Shown here piece after piece: positions 11,001 through 23,600 of a DNA stretch of 64,000 nt. How positions within the stretch are numbered: the stretch's first letter is position 1; each line of letters starts with the position of its first letter. Made by a program: the position numbers and the translations under genes. Below the pieces are notes generated by a model that saw only the letters and a list, made by a program, of their open reading frames with translations, had not been told where the DNA came from and did not search any database. The stretch lies in the IMG/VR virus record IMGVR_UViG_3300030098_004828, positions 62,001-126,000 of that record; one strand, 5' to 3'.

Positions 11001-11657
11001 CAATATGGAATGATGGTTATTACTATGGATCAAAAAGCTTTAAATGATCTTATGCATAAAGATGATGGAAGTTATGTAACAAAAGCAGGTGATGACGGAT
11101 TTGGAGATGCAGCGACTGATCATGGTACTATAACAATGTTTTTTGATAGAGATATGGATTTAGGAATATTTGATCAACAGAATCAACCAGTTAGTTGGAT
11201 AGAAAGAGAAGTTAAAAATAATGGATCTTTCACTAAAAGTATTGATGGAGCAGGAGAAATAGTATTTATGTTTGATCAAAATGGTAACTTAGTTATGGAT
11301 ACTAAAAATTATGTAATGGGTGATGATGGTAATATGTATGCTGATCCATCACTTATTACAACAATTAATGATCCAAGTCAAGCAGATGCAATTTATAAAG
11401 ATTTATTAAAAGCATTTCAAAATAATGGCGGAGCTAATACAAACATGCATCAGACTGTATTAGAACAATATAAAACAGATCTTCAGCTTTATAATATGAA
11501 AAATAAAACTAAAATAAAAGCACTTGATTATGATTATGTTAGTAATTATTCTACAAACAATACTCCAAGTGATGTTTATAAAAATAATGCAAGCTCTTCA
11601 AATAATCAAGGAGGAGGTTCATATAATATAAATCCGAATTTTAAAGCATGGCCTTAA
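8007..11657 (+). CDS. Putative virion ejection/cargo protein (1216 aa)
   Basis: Long ORF directly upstream of the RNAP-bearing gene, as in the crAss-like three-gene ejection cassette. No catalytic motif recognised. Confidence 0.55.
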   Translation: MASYIEGVQDYIPNLEVFTPDYQFLNNVLKTRQDRYDAGFEQVNQLYGQIVHAPLTNPHNIEKRQQYVDGLSEKIKQVSGLDLSLNQNITTARSLFKPFYEDKNMLFDMAWSQMYKDGMTQAKMYKESADEEVRKKYWDYGIRWMDIQKEKMVNSPLENIMSVPMPEYHEDPNLYARAVKSLSTFGPEGKGMVIQKPSTSPDDFWLYDQINGSLIYAEPVGERINDETGKKETIYHNPAMPYLARTLLNDPEVIDGYRIRAEVDAYDYGKAHAQQFGGDEKLARLNFMKTFIDDTTNTAIQQLAEFNTIHERDKNIALNWEAYQKQFGIVPGSQDEKLLKEFETKYFLNEQSMLSLRKDIQRIQQPTEEYNSMFNTMIYAYAMSMIDHDLTSATQFYGDATAKITRKHNPYKMEAIQAENRRNQAILESWLRTQEAIAKGEMANPGLLFPEANPMTGDASKHGYTYDDISEVLGEDFTVFDDGFNALQKSMKTDVYTPMMNDITKLYLGVDGIRNTLRGDGPIGTIEFVDSDGVTKNVTLNEAVPLLLEDPDALNEVYDKAMSYWNNEVYIDGVLTNTNVPQKKFYQELSNYLNESEADRLLAQNYINTGLNEWMQTVDATLTMMNTADGAYGDLNNSEFPPMVITELDKYLMKEQKIPWEIVNKEGGARDQHLAEHPNDVRKDQRTFLFKDEYEHIVLNSYNAVNNDNKHLKSVLETALNDYKIQNNLPAGWPGPTYEQVTIQPTNTYGVSGANTGGTELRIVDPGISSQEATKIMQQIMSQNPLFQGKEDYWRWEVPFTQGTTSQGQTQDVGAYSNYLNMGKSDQQIADSKKANIVYSGPTLDGDVAEYYDLMEKNVNNIMTDANARGEYGLPSYNLRAYLEGADPNLGVAGILSTPVQVNFDVKNMHPNSDGYKTWVDIMNAMNSDAGGNVIIKLGDWSGTFDPNDTEDDPLAVKLLQEYSNMVRKDAGNAKAGETRATGTVIYSEIGGGPGAAGQYGMMVITMDQKALNDLMHKDDGSYVTKAGDDGFGDAATDHGTITMFFDRDMDLGIFDQQNQPVSWIEREVKNNGSFTKSIDGAGEIVFMFDQNGNLVMDTKNYVMGDDGNMYADPSLITTINDPSQADAIYKDLLKAFQNNGGANTNMHQTVLEQYKTDLQLYNMKNKTKIKALDYDYVSNYSTNNTPSDVYKNNASSSNNQGGGSYNINPNFKAWP

Positions 11658-11673
11658 AATAAAACTAAAATAA

Positions 11674-14600
11674 ATGGCAGAAGAAACACAAATAATTCCA
11701 GAAGGTTCAGGAAAAACAGGTAATGTTTTTGAAGAAGGGTTAAATGTTAATAGCACTCCTAATGATGCTAATTTAGATTTAACATCATCTTCTGTTGTAG
11801 ATAATTTACCTTATGATAATACACCTTTACATACACCCGGATGGAAAAATATATCAGATGTTGTAGCTGAACAAGGTGAATATTTTGCAGGACCTCCTGG
11901 AATGAATATAGATCCTTCTATATGGGCAGATGTTGGTAGAATGGATAAGATGTTAGCTGAACATGGTCTTGGTAATAATAATAACTTTTATAATCCTCTT
12001 CCTGGACAATCTGCAGGATCATTTAATCCTTTTGCAGAAAGCTCAGGAATTCTTGATCCTAATACTCTTGAAGGAAGAAGAGCTAAATTAACTCAAGTAA
12101 TTAATAATGCTCAACAAAATACACCTGGAAGAAATCCCGCATATAGAGATCCTATTTATTATGGAGCTAAGGCTTTTAATTTAGATAGATATACTAGTCA
12201 TCCAGCTTTTGATAGATTAGGTTTTCATCCTTTTGCAGATAATGATGCTTACTATAATGCAAATTCTAGTAAATGGGAAAACTTTCAAAGAACTTGGGGA
12301 GCTTTTGGTAGTATGTTTCATGAAGCATTTACAAGCCCTTGGAGATCTATAGGAGACTTTTTAGAAGGTGATTGGAATAGGGCTGATTATATAGGAGCTT
12401 CAGCAATGGAAGATGCTATGAGAATAGGTAGATCTACAAAAGGTGGAGTAGGAGGATTTTTTAATGATTTATTTTTAAATTTTTCATATACTTTAGGTAT
12501 TATTTCAAATGTTGTTTTAGAAGAAATGGCTCTTGCTGGAATAACATATTTATCAGGAGGTACAGCTGCTCCTGCTGCTGGTGCTAGAACAGTTTATAAT
12601 GTTGGAAGAATAATGAGGACTGGTGATAAAATAAATGATGCAAGAAAAGCTTCTCAAAGAACATTAGAAGCTATGAAAAATTATAACAATGTTAATAATT
12701 TTTGGAAGTTTACAAGAGGTGTAGGTAGATGGACTATGCCACAAACAGCTCAATTCTATAGAAGATTGCGTACTGCAGGTAGTACTGTAGATAACATGAA
12801 CAATCTAGGGAAATTAAGATTGGGTGCTGGTGCTCTATATAGAGATCTTAGAATGGCAAATTTAGCTTGGTCAGAAGCTAAAATGGAAGCAGGTCTTGTT
12901 GAAATGCAATTGCGTAATAAAAAATATCAAGAATATAGAAGAGCTAATAATGGAGCTCATCCAGATGAAGAATGGTTAAACGCATTAAATGTAGATGCAT
13001 TAAATGCAGCACAAACTACAATATTTTGGAATGCTCCTTTTATTCATTTAACTAATCAATTTGTTTTTCCTGGCTTAGGACGTGGTTTTAGAGGTGTAGG
13101 TAGACAATTTGATGACTCATTAGATGCAGTACCAGATGCAATACAAAGAGAATTAAAGAAACAAAAACCAAGTGGTATGCCTGGAAAATTTTATGATGCA
13201 GGTAAAGGTGTTTCTAGAATTAAATCAGAAGGTCTTAAAGGAGGATTAACTAAAGGTGCAAATTATGCATTAAGATATTTTGGAGCTAATGTTGGTGAGG
13301 GTGCGCAAGAGCTATATCAAGAAGCTGTTGCTGTAGGTGTAGAACACTATTATGGAAGTCTTTTTGATATGAGATTATCTACAGGATTAGATCTTCAAAG
13401 AGCTGATATGGAATTGTCTGCACAACAAGGTAGTAAATTATTTTGGGATTCTTTTCAAGAAGGTGCAAACTCTCAAATGGGATGGAATGGTTTTAAAGTT
13501 TTTATGTCTGGATTTATGATGGGGGGATTAGCAAGAATGGTTCAAACTCCAGTTTTAGATTGGGCTCCCAATTATGTTAATAAAAAATGGAATCAAGCTA
13601 AGTATGATAAATACGAAAAGCAAAAAGAAAAATTTAAAGCAAATGCTTTAGAGTATTTAGAAAACGGTAGAAAAGATCCTTTACATGTATTTGATAAAAC
13701 AAAAATAAATGTATTAAATCAAAGAGAAGCAAATCAACAAATGTATGCTGCATCTTTTTCTGGACAAGCTATGGAACATTATGATGCAAAAGATTGGGCT
13801 AAATTTGAACACTTTGAAACATATGTATCTATGGGTAAAACTCATCATTTTATTGATATAATAGATGATTACTTAGCATTAGATAATAAATCTTTTAGAG
13901 AAGCTTTTCCAGTAGAAACATATCCTGATTCAGTTGCAAAAATTAGATCTAGATTAGAGCAAAACAAAAAGGAAATAAATGAAATGAAAAGGAAGTATGA
14001 GGAAAGAAAAGAATTATACTCCAATCCTTTTAGTGAAGACAGATTTGAAGAAGGAACTGTATTATATCAACAAGAAAAATTACGAAGACTATCCTATGAC
14101 CATGCTAGAAAATTAGCTATGTATGTAGATTCATCTTTTGAAAGAGCTGTAGAAAGAATAAACAATATGTATAAAGCTTTATCTAGTGGGGATCTTAAAG
14201 TTTTAAAAAATATACAAGCTAATGAATTAGATCCTTTAATGGGTAAAAGACAATTAGAAGCAGAATTAGAATTATTAAATGTTGAACTAACAGGAACACT
14301 TAGTCAAAAAGATATAAAATTTAAAACTAAAAAGAAAGAACTTCTTACAGAGTTTTCTAATATAATTCATAATCCTAAATATCAAACTCCAAAAACAAAA
14401 GTATTTAGTAAAACTCATATGCCTAAATTAAGAAAAGCTTTTACAGATTATCTTAATTTTTTAGCTAAAGCAAAAAATGAATTTGTTGAAAGTAAAAATA
14501 TTGACAAAGCTCTTAATGCAATAGTTGATACACAATGGTTAGAAAAAAGATCAGGAGATCTTCATGATGCTGCAAGAATTTTGATGAATCCTAAAAAACT

Positions 14601-17600
14601 AGAACAAGTAGCAGATAGAATAAACTTTTCTATGAGAAGAGTTTGGAATACTATGCGTGATAAAAATCATCAAATAAAAGAAATAGATAAGTATATTAGA
14701 GAGACAGAAAGAATGGCTGTATTACAAAAGCTTTCAGAAGAAGATATATATCCACATCCAATTCAAACAATGATATACTTAGAGCAAGGTATAAAACCTA
14801 CTCTATTTTATAATAAGAAAGGTATTATAGATCAATTAAATCAACCAGAAGAACATAAAAAAATACTTAGTATTTTTAATTTAAGTGATGATACATCAGA
14901 AGATGGAAAAGATGCTAAAAAAGAAAATGCAGAAGAAATAGAAAAACAAGCTAAAGAAAGTAAAGAAAAAGATGAGGTAGAAAAAGAAGAAACAGATTTA
15001 ACAGTGGGTGGAACAGGGGAAGTTCCTGATGAAAAAAAGAAAGAAAAAGAAGAAGAAGTAGAGTATGAAGTTCCAAAAAATACTGATAGTGATAGTACTA
15101 TAGTAGATTTAGTACCAAAAAATAATGATAAACCTCCAGCATCTTTAGGTAAAGTGTTAAGTTCTGTAAACAATGATACAAAAATTCAAAATGTTCTTAA
15201 TAATAAATATGAACAATGGGCAGCTAATCAAGCACTAGAAGATCCTAATAGAAGTATAATGACTCAAGAATTATGGGAACAAGATGAAACATTAGGAGGT
15301 GCAATAAAATCTGCAAGAAAAGAACTTTTTAAATTATATGCTAAAAAGGTAAGTCTTAAAGATAGACAATCAACTCCTTTTGATACTTGGTTAAAATCTA
15401 ATGCCGCAAATTTAGAAGTTGATGATATTATTGAAAAATATCCTTTAGCTACTAGCAGTGTGCAAGATATTATGATAGGTGATGTTACAGCAGTACAACC
15501 TATGCCTGAAGAAAAATTAAATCCTAGTTTAGAATCTATAGTATCTGATGGTAAAAAAGATAAAACAGGAATATGGATTCTTAAATCATCAATAGAATTA
15601 GATCCTGATGCAGATCCTAAAGAACTTTATACAGTTACTGATAATAATAAAATTGATTTGTCTGAGAAGTTTTTTCATTTAGATCCTGCATCTTTAGATC
15701 CAGATGGTTATGATACATTAGATGAAGCACAAAGAGCTAAAGATAAAATACTTAAATGGTTAGGTAAACCAGAAGATAGAGATTTTGTTTTTGATGGAAT
15801 ACAGTTTAGAAGAGGAATGAGTATTGTTAAAGGAGAAGATCTTAATGATTGGAAAAATGCTGAACAAGAAGATAAAGGAAATTATGAATGGACAGTAATG
15901 GCCAATAAAAAAACTGTAGAAAATAATAATAATGTATGGATTCAAAAAAAGGTTGGAAATACTATAGAAAAAGGAGACAAGCCTATAGTATTAGAAGAAG
16001 GTGATTGGGCAGCTGATGGATGGGTTATTGAGTTTGATGCAAAAGAATTATCACAAAAAGAAAAACAAAAAACAAAAACTAAATTACAAAAGACAGAACC
16101 TTTACAATTTTTTGCTATTACAGAAAGTAAAGGTGAAACCACTTATACTAAAATAAAAAGACACGAGAAGCTTTTAAAATCAATGACTCCTGAAAAACAA
16201 AAGAATCTTGTATTACGTATAATGAGAATGGAAGACTTTGAAGAAAAAATGAAGATTCCAGTAAAAAAATTAACACCTTTAGAATTTGAAACTAAGCAGC
16301 CAAATAAGAGAATTAGAAAAGGATATGTTAAACATAGAGTCTTTTTAGAATATGATGGTTATGATATTGCAGAACTTCAAGGTATACATTCTTCAGTAAT
16401 ACTAGATGAAAACAATAAGGAATTAAATCCTATGACAATGTCTAACAAACAAATCCTTGAAACATTTGTTATGGGTGAGCATGATAAAGCTAGAGGTGTA
16501 ACAGAACAAGAATTTGCAGATACTGTTAGAAATAACTATAAGCAAGGATATCTTATAATGAAAAAGATAGATGAATATATGGGAGAAAACTTAGCAACTG
16601 AGATTCCTTTCTATATAGAGGGTAAAAAGAATCCTGTCTTAGAAGATATAGGTATTACTATACAAGCTGGTAATATAGCATATTCAACTTCAGTAGCTAA
16701 TAGAAGTACATTTGATCAATTAGAATATAAATCTGCAGATAGTAAAATAAATAAAGATGGTTCTAAAGGTAGTCAAGTTATTTATAGTTTATATAAAGAT
16801 AAAAATGGAGATTGGAGAGAAGCTCCTTTTGATAATTTTGATCAAGCTACTACAGAGAATGAAGATTATAGAGATTCACAATTAGAATTAATTGAGAATG
16901 ATAGAAAGATGGTAGATTTAGATATTAAGTCTTTAGGAAGATATGTAATGGTTATTAGAGATGATAGAGGGGTTTATACTTATGCAGCTTTACAACCTAG
17001 AGAAAAAACTTCTGTAGAGTTAGAAGAAATGTTTACTCAATTAAAAGAAAGACATATAGAAACTTTAAAAGAAAACTATGTATCTGTAGAGGGAACAAAT
17101 AAAAGAATGATTAAAAAGGGTAAAAAATATACAGATCAAGGTTTTGGAATGCAATACAATAATGAATTTAATTCAAACTTTTCAGAGACCCATTTCATTG
17201 CTAGTAAAACAAAAGGAGATGTTATTGTACTAGGAGTAGATCCTTATGGAAATATTAATCTAGAGTATTTTAATAGGATAACAAAGCATGAAACACGTGT
17301 GTCACTTAATGAAGAAGAAGTGGCCACTGCATCAAACTTTTTAGAATTATTAAATTTACTTAATGAAAAATGGAAAAAAACAGAATGGGCTAAAGCTTAT
17401 AAAAAAGTAGAGGGAACAAAAAAAGCAGTTAAAGATGTTAATAGACCTAACTTTAAAATACAACCTATAGACTTTAGAATTTCATTACCAAGAACTATAA
17501 CTACAGAACAATTATCAGATGTTAAAATATTAATACAACCTGAAATAAGAAAAAATATACGTACAGTATTAAGTTATACAAAACAATCTGAAATAGATAT

Positions 17601-20600
17601 GCTAACTGCAAATGCAAGTTCTATACAATATAGACATTCATTTCTTAAAACGTCTTCAGAAAAGAAAATAGAATCAGATGAAAGAGAGGCAATAAATGAA
17701 CCAGAAGCTAATAAGATAGGAACTACAGACAGTGTAACTACAATGTTTACCAATTATCTAAAAAACGGTAAAGCTTCAAATGAATTATTAGATTCTTTAT
17801 CAGATGCTTTAGTTGCAGCTCAACAAGACATGTCTGTTTATGCAGCACAAGCTCTTGATATAGTTAAGAAAGCAGGACTAACACACCATGATGTTAAAAA
17901 TGCTCTTGATTTTGTTTACTCTTTTAAATTTGATAGTGATTTTGTTAATCCTATTACACAAAAAGTAATAGGAACAAAACAAGATCTAATGGAATATGTT
18001 CATACAATAGCATTAGGAAAGAAAAAAGTTACTGAATATACTCAAGAAGAATTAGATAATATGGATTCTGTATTTGAAAGTATAGATAATTTACACGATG
18101 TTGTACAAGCTGTAAATAAACCTATACTTCAAAGAGCTAATCAACTTTTAAAAGATGACAACTATAAGGTAGAGCTTCAAGCTATGGTTGATAATAAACT
18201 TTACAAATCTATGCCGGGTGGAACTAGTACACAAAAAGCTAAACAGAAAGGTCCTGCTGTAAGTATAGTTAATAAAGAAAAACAATTTAATTTAAAAGCA
18301 TATCAAAAAGCTCAAGAAGAACTTGAACAGTTAAATAATGCTTTAGAAGATGCAGCTTTTGATGAGGCAGTAGTACGTCAAGAATATATTAATTTAAAAA
18401 CTAATAAAGCTAAAAATGACTTTATACAAACATTAGAAGATACAGGTGATTTTAGAATTTTAGAAAATAAAAATAAATGGAATAGAAGAAATGTACTTTT
18501 AGAATTAATGAATCAATATGAAGCTGATATTAAAGGTATAGATCCTAATTTAGCAGGAAAATTTTTACCAGAAGTATTAAAATCTATAGATGAACATGAT
18601 ATAGCTAGACGTCAAGAGTTTATTGAATTTATGAGAGAGAATCTTCCACAATTTATGGTGGATAGAATAGATAATTTAGAATGGAATTCTGAAAAAATGG
18701 GAGCTTTGATGGGAGCTTTTGTAATAGATTTAAAATCAGTTGGTCAAGGTTTAACATTAGATAATCTAGTTGGTAAAGTTTATTTGAGCAAAACTTCTAA
18801 ATTTGATTATCATGAGGCAGGTCATGCTACTATGAGAATGCTTATGACAGATGAAGAAATTGCTACATGGATGGCAACTGCTAGAAAAAATGTTAGAGCA
18901 CAAATGAGATCTAAAGAGGGTTACAAAATAGGTGAAAATGCTGATGGTAGTTCTATAATAGTTAAAAATGTAAAACAAGCTTTAGAGCATTTAAGATTAC
19001 AGTCCTATATGTATTCTCAAATGTCTGATAATCTATTAGAGAAAAGACTTTATGAAGAAGATATCTGGGATAATTTTCAATTATATAAAGAGAATCCTAA
19101 AAATAAAAAAGTAAGAAAAGAATATAAAGGATTCTTTAGCTGGTTAGTTGAAATGATTAAAAAAGTATTTAAGTTTTTTACAACTAGTTATTGGAATAGT
19201 ACAAGGTCAAGTGGATTGGGAGGTCCTTATGATTCTTTATTTGAAAAAATAGATAATGGAAAATATAGAACAAGAGCTATTCAAAAAAATCAATTTACAG
19301 AAGGATTTTTAGAAGGAGGTTTATCTTTTAAATATGCTTTAAAACCTATTCCTACAGGAAGACCTAAAGTATTAGCAACAAGTAAATTAATTGAAGGGCA
19401 AGAGCAAGAAGTTCTTAAACAAGTTACAGAGTATTTTCCGCCAGAAGAGGAAGCAAGATATGTAGCTAATATAGTTAAGATATATTTAGAGCTGTTAGAT
19501 AAGATGGAGGGTAAATACATACCCAATAAAGTTCTATTAGATGCTGTTAATATTGTTACAGAGAGTCTTAATCCTAAAAGACAAATATTCCAAGATATGG
19601 ATCCTGGTGATTATAGAAAAATAAAATCACAATTAAAAAAAGACTATGCAGCATTAAGTAGTCCAGAAGCAAAAAGAGCTTTAATGAAATCTGCAAGAGT
19701 TGCTTTAACTAGACATGATCAATTTCAAGATGCATTTGATGAAATGATAATGGATAAAGATCATGAATTAGAAGGAAGAACTAATGAAACAAGTTGGGAC
19801 GAACAGTTACAAGAAATAGGACCAGAAAAAACAGCTTCAAGATTTGTAAGAGATCTTATTGCCACAACAGTTCTTACTGATCAAGCAGGACAACCTTTAG
19901 GAGATAAAAAATATGGTTTTAAATGGTTAGATGATGCTAAAACAATACCTGCTGTTCAACCTGTAGATTATATGAAAGCTTTTAATGCACTTCTTTTAGC
20001 AGGAGAAGGTATTGAAAATCATTATGAAAGATTTAGAACTATATGGAATCAAACTCACTATAAGCCTGATCTTAAAGCAGTTATGGTAAATATACTTAAT
20101 TTATTGGGTGTAAAACCTGCCCAATTAAGAGGTAACAGTTGGATGCAAAATGTAGAAAAAAATGGGACTGCAAAACAACAATGGTATTTGGGTAGAATAA
20201 TTAAAGCTTTTGATACAGTAAGAGTTGATTATTATAATTTAATTCAAAGTGATTCAGGAAATACAAAAGGTTATGTCAATATAATTAATGCAGCTCATAA
20301 AGATGATGCATCTAATCAATTAAGAAGTGCAACTAATGTATATTTAGGTCTTGATTCAAAATGGCAAGGAGAAGGAAAAGAATCAAGAAAACTTCACAGG
20401 CGTGCAACAGGTGTTTTAAATGATTGGAATAATATATTGTCTGAAGGAAAACCTATGACTGATGCAAAATTAGCAAGAAAGTCTAAAGAAATAAGTACAA
20501 GACTAAGAGAAAGATTGGGTATTGAACTTCATCCTGCAACTATAGAAAATAGTATAATTAATTTTATAGAACTTAGTACTGAATATCAAAAACAATTATT

Positions 20601-23600
20601 CAAACAACAAAATAAATTACAAGATTCTAAACAATTTAAATGGCAAAAAGATGATGTCTTTTTCTCATTAGAAACTATTTCTACTTTAAGAGATGCTAAT
20701 GTTCCTCATCAATATCTTAGTTTATTAGCTCATAGTCAATATCTTGAGTTTGATGAAATGAGTGATAAAGAATTTAAATCTGTAATGAATGAAAGAGAAT
20801 CAGGTGCTTTAGGTAGATGGAGAAGAATTTTTAGAATTAATGCTTTATATGATCCTAATGTTGGTCATACTGTATTTAGAGATATGAAAGGTAATTGGAT
20901 ATATGCACATCAAATTCCTACATATACTATAAGAGCAATGCAGAAATGGAATGATTTAAATCATCTTGATAACTTAAAAGCAAAAAATTGGTTTAATAAA
21001 AATCATAGTTATTTTTTACAGTCTCCAGATTTTAGAGCGATGAGTAAAAAAGGTATGCATAGAACAACTAGACTTTTAGGAGGAAAGATGACTTCTATGA
21101 AAGTTAAAGATAATAAGTTAATAGAAATGAGAATGAAAGATGAAGCTCCTGCAAAAGGTGTTTCAACAGGTGAAATGTCTCCTGCTCAAATATATTCTTC
21201 ATTAGCTAATATGATGTTGAAATTCTATAATGCTGAAAATCAAGAAGTTACTACTGTAGTAGACGAAGATAGAAACGGTTATGAATTTGCCTTAATGACA
21301 AGTCTTTTAAGAACTAGATCAACATCTAATACATTTGATTTTGGAGATTTTCCTGTGTTAGATGCTGTAATTAAAAATAAATCAGGACAAAGTATTATAA
21401 ATCCTGAGTTTGTTGAAATGGTTATAAGATGGATGATTCAACCTCAATATGAAAGAATAAGATTAGAGAATGCAAGATTTAATAATGTTAATGAAGGTAT
21501 TCCATTAACAAAAGAAATAATAATAAACTATAATGATTTTGCAGATCCTACAAGTGATCTTACTTCTATATATCTTCAAACTGATTTATTAGATATTGTA
21601 AATATAGCAAGTGGTATAAAGAAAATAAAATTACCAAAATTTGTTACAGAAGCTGAAACAAAAGATATACTTAGTGGAAAGCAAACAGCATTCTTAAGAA
21701 CAGCTGAAGGACAAGGTAAGATAGGTTTATTTGGTGAAGGGAAAAGAGCTGTTGTAGAAAGTGAAGAGGGTACATTTGTTCTTACTTATCATGGTTTTAA
21801 AAACTCAGATGCTTTTGATGATATAAATGAAATAAAAGAAATGTTTGGTGCTAGAATTTTAGATAAGAAAACTCTTACTCATACTGAAGCTATAAAAGTT
21901 GGTAATGAGTTTTGGTGGACAGATATGAAAGTAATTAAAAATTTCTTTAGTCAGAATCAAGCTAAAAAAGAATCATACAAAAGACATTTATATACTATAA
22001 AACCTTTAGATGCATATACAGGAATGTCAGGAAGTTTGGCAGAAGAACTTTTACAAAGACAAGCTTTAGAGGTAAATAAATGGTTTGGAAGTCATAAAGA
22101 TGAAAATTTTGCAGAAAAAGTTGCAGAAGAAGATGTTGTAGTTGTATTTGGTGCAAATAGCCTAGGACTTCATGGAAGAGGAGGTGCTGGATTTGCAATG
22201 GGAAAACAAAGAAGTTTAAAACAAATAGAAGAAGTAGAAGATGGTACTGTAGGAGATTATGCAATTAAAGGTAAGACAGGTATTATGCAAGGATCTAAAG
22301 GTCTTGGATATGGATTAATTACTGTTTCTGGAAAGCCAAAAGGAAGATATGGTGGAGCAAGCATGACAACAATAGAAATAGTAAATGAAATAAAAAATTT
22401 ATATTCTTTAGCTGAAAATAATCCTGAAACAACATTTAAAGTTCTTTATGAATTAGAAGAAAATGAAAAGAGTTTAAATGGATATACAGGTCAAGAATTA
22501 GCAGATATGTTTGTATCGGCAGGTGCTATTCCAGAAAATATACAATTTAATGAAACGTTTGCTGACTTATTATATGTATCAAAAGATACAGGATCAAGAA
22601 GCAGATTAATGGCAGATGTTAATACTAAACTTACTGAAGATGCACAAACATTAGCACAAGATGGTGTGACATTCAAAAAATTTAGAGAAGAATTTCAAGG
22701 ACCTAATGGTGAATCATTAGTTGAAATTGTTACAAATAGATTACAGGCAGATTTTGATGCTTGGCATATTTCTTTAAGAGACACAGGTGCATTAGATTTA
22801 ATTAATCCTATGCTTAAAAAAGATGGATTAACAAGTAATTCAGGTAAGAAAAATAAGAAAACTAAATTAGCAAATAAATCTTTAGGTTTAATACCAGGTA
22901 ATGCTACACATAACTTAATGCAAATATTTCTTAATGATTATTTTAATACAAAAGCAGCAATGGCTTTATTATTTGGAGATGAAGCAAAAGTTTTAGGAGG
23001 TTCTCAAGATAAAACTAAAAGAGGCCCTGCTCTTAATTATGGAGGAGATAATGTATCTTCACAAGTTGCTTCTCCAGAAAATGGAATTCCTACTCCTGTT
23101 AATAAATTTAAAATTTGGGTTTATGATGATACTGTAGCACAAGATATGTTTATGGGAACTGAGATAAAAACAAATGACGCTTATGTTCTTGCAACTACTT
23201 TTGGACGTAGAGCTATAGCATGGGGATTAGGTATAGGGCAATTAGCAATGTATCCTATGATAGATGAGATTGAATCTAATCAAGAAGGTGGTATGTCTGC
23301 CACAAGATATTTAGGCAATAAAGAAACTGGAGAAGAAGGTTATAAAAAGTTTGGAGCAAATTTAGCATCATTAAAACTTGCTTATATGGATGGGAGCAGT
23401 ATGCTTAAAATGACTGTAGGATCTGCTACTCCTGAAATGATTAGTCATTATGATGGTACACCTATGGAATCATCCATACCATTGTGGAATATGATGGAAA
23501 AAATGAGACAATGGGAATCTAAAAATCCAGGTCAATTTGTATTAGCGGTTCCAAGATCTGCAGCTAAAATGTTAAAAGTAAATCCAGCAAATATTAATGA

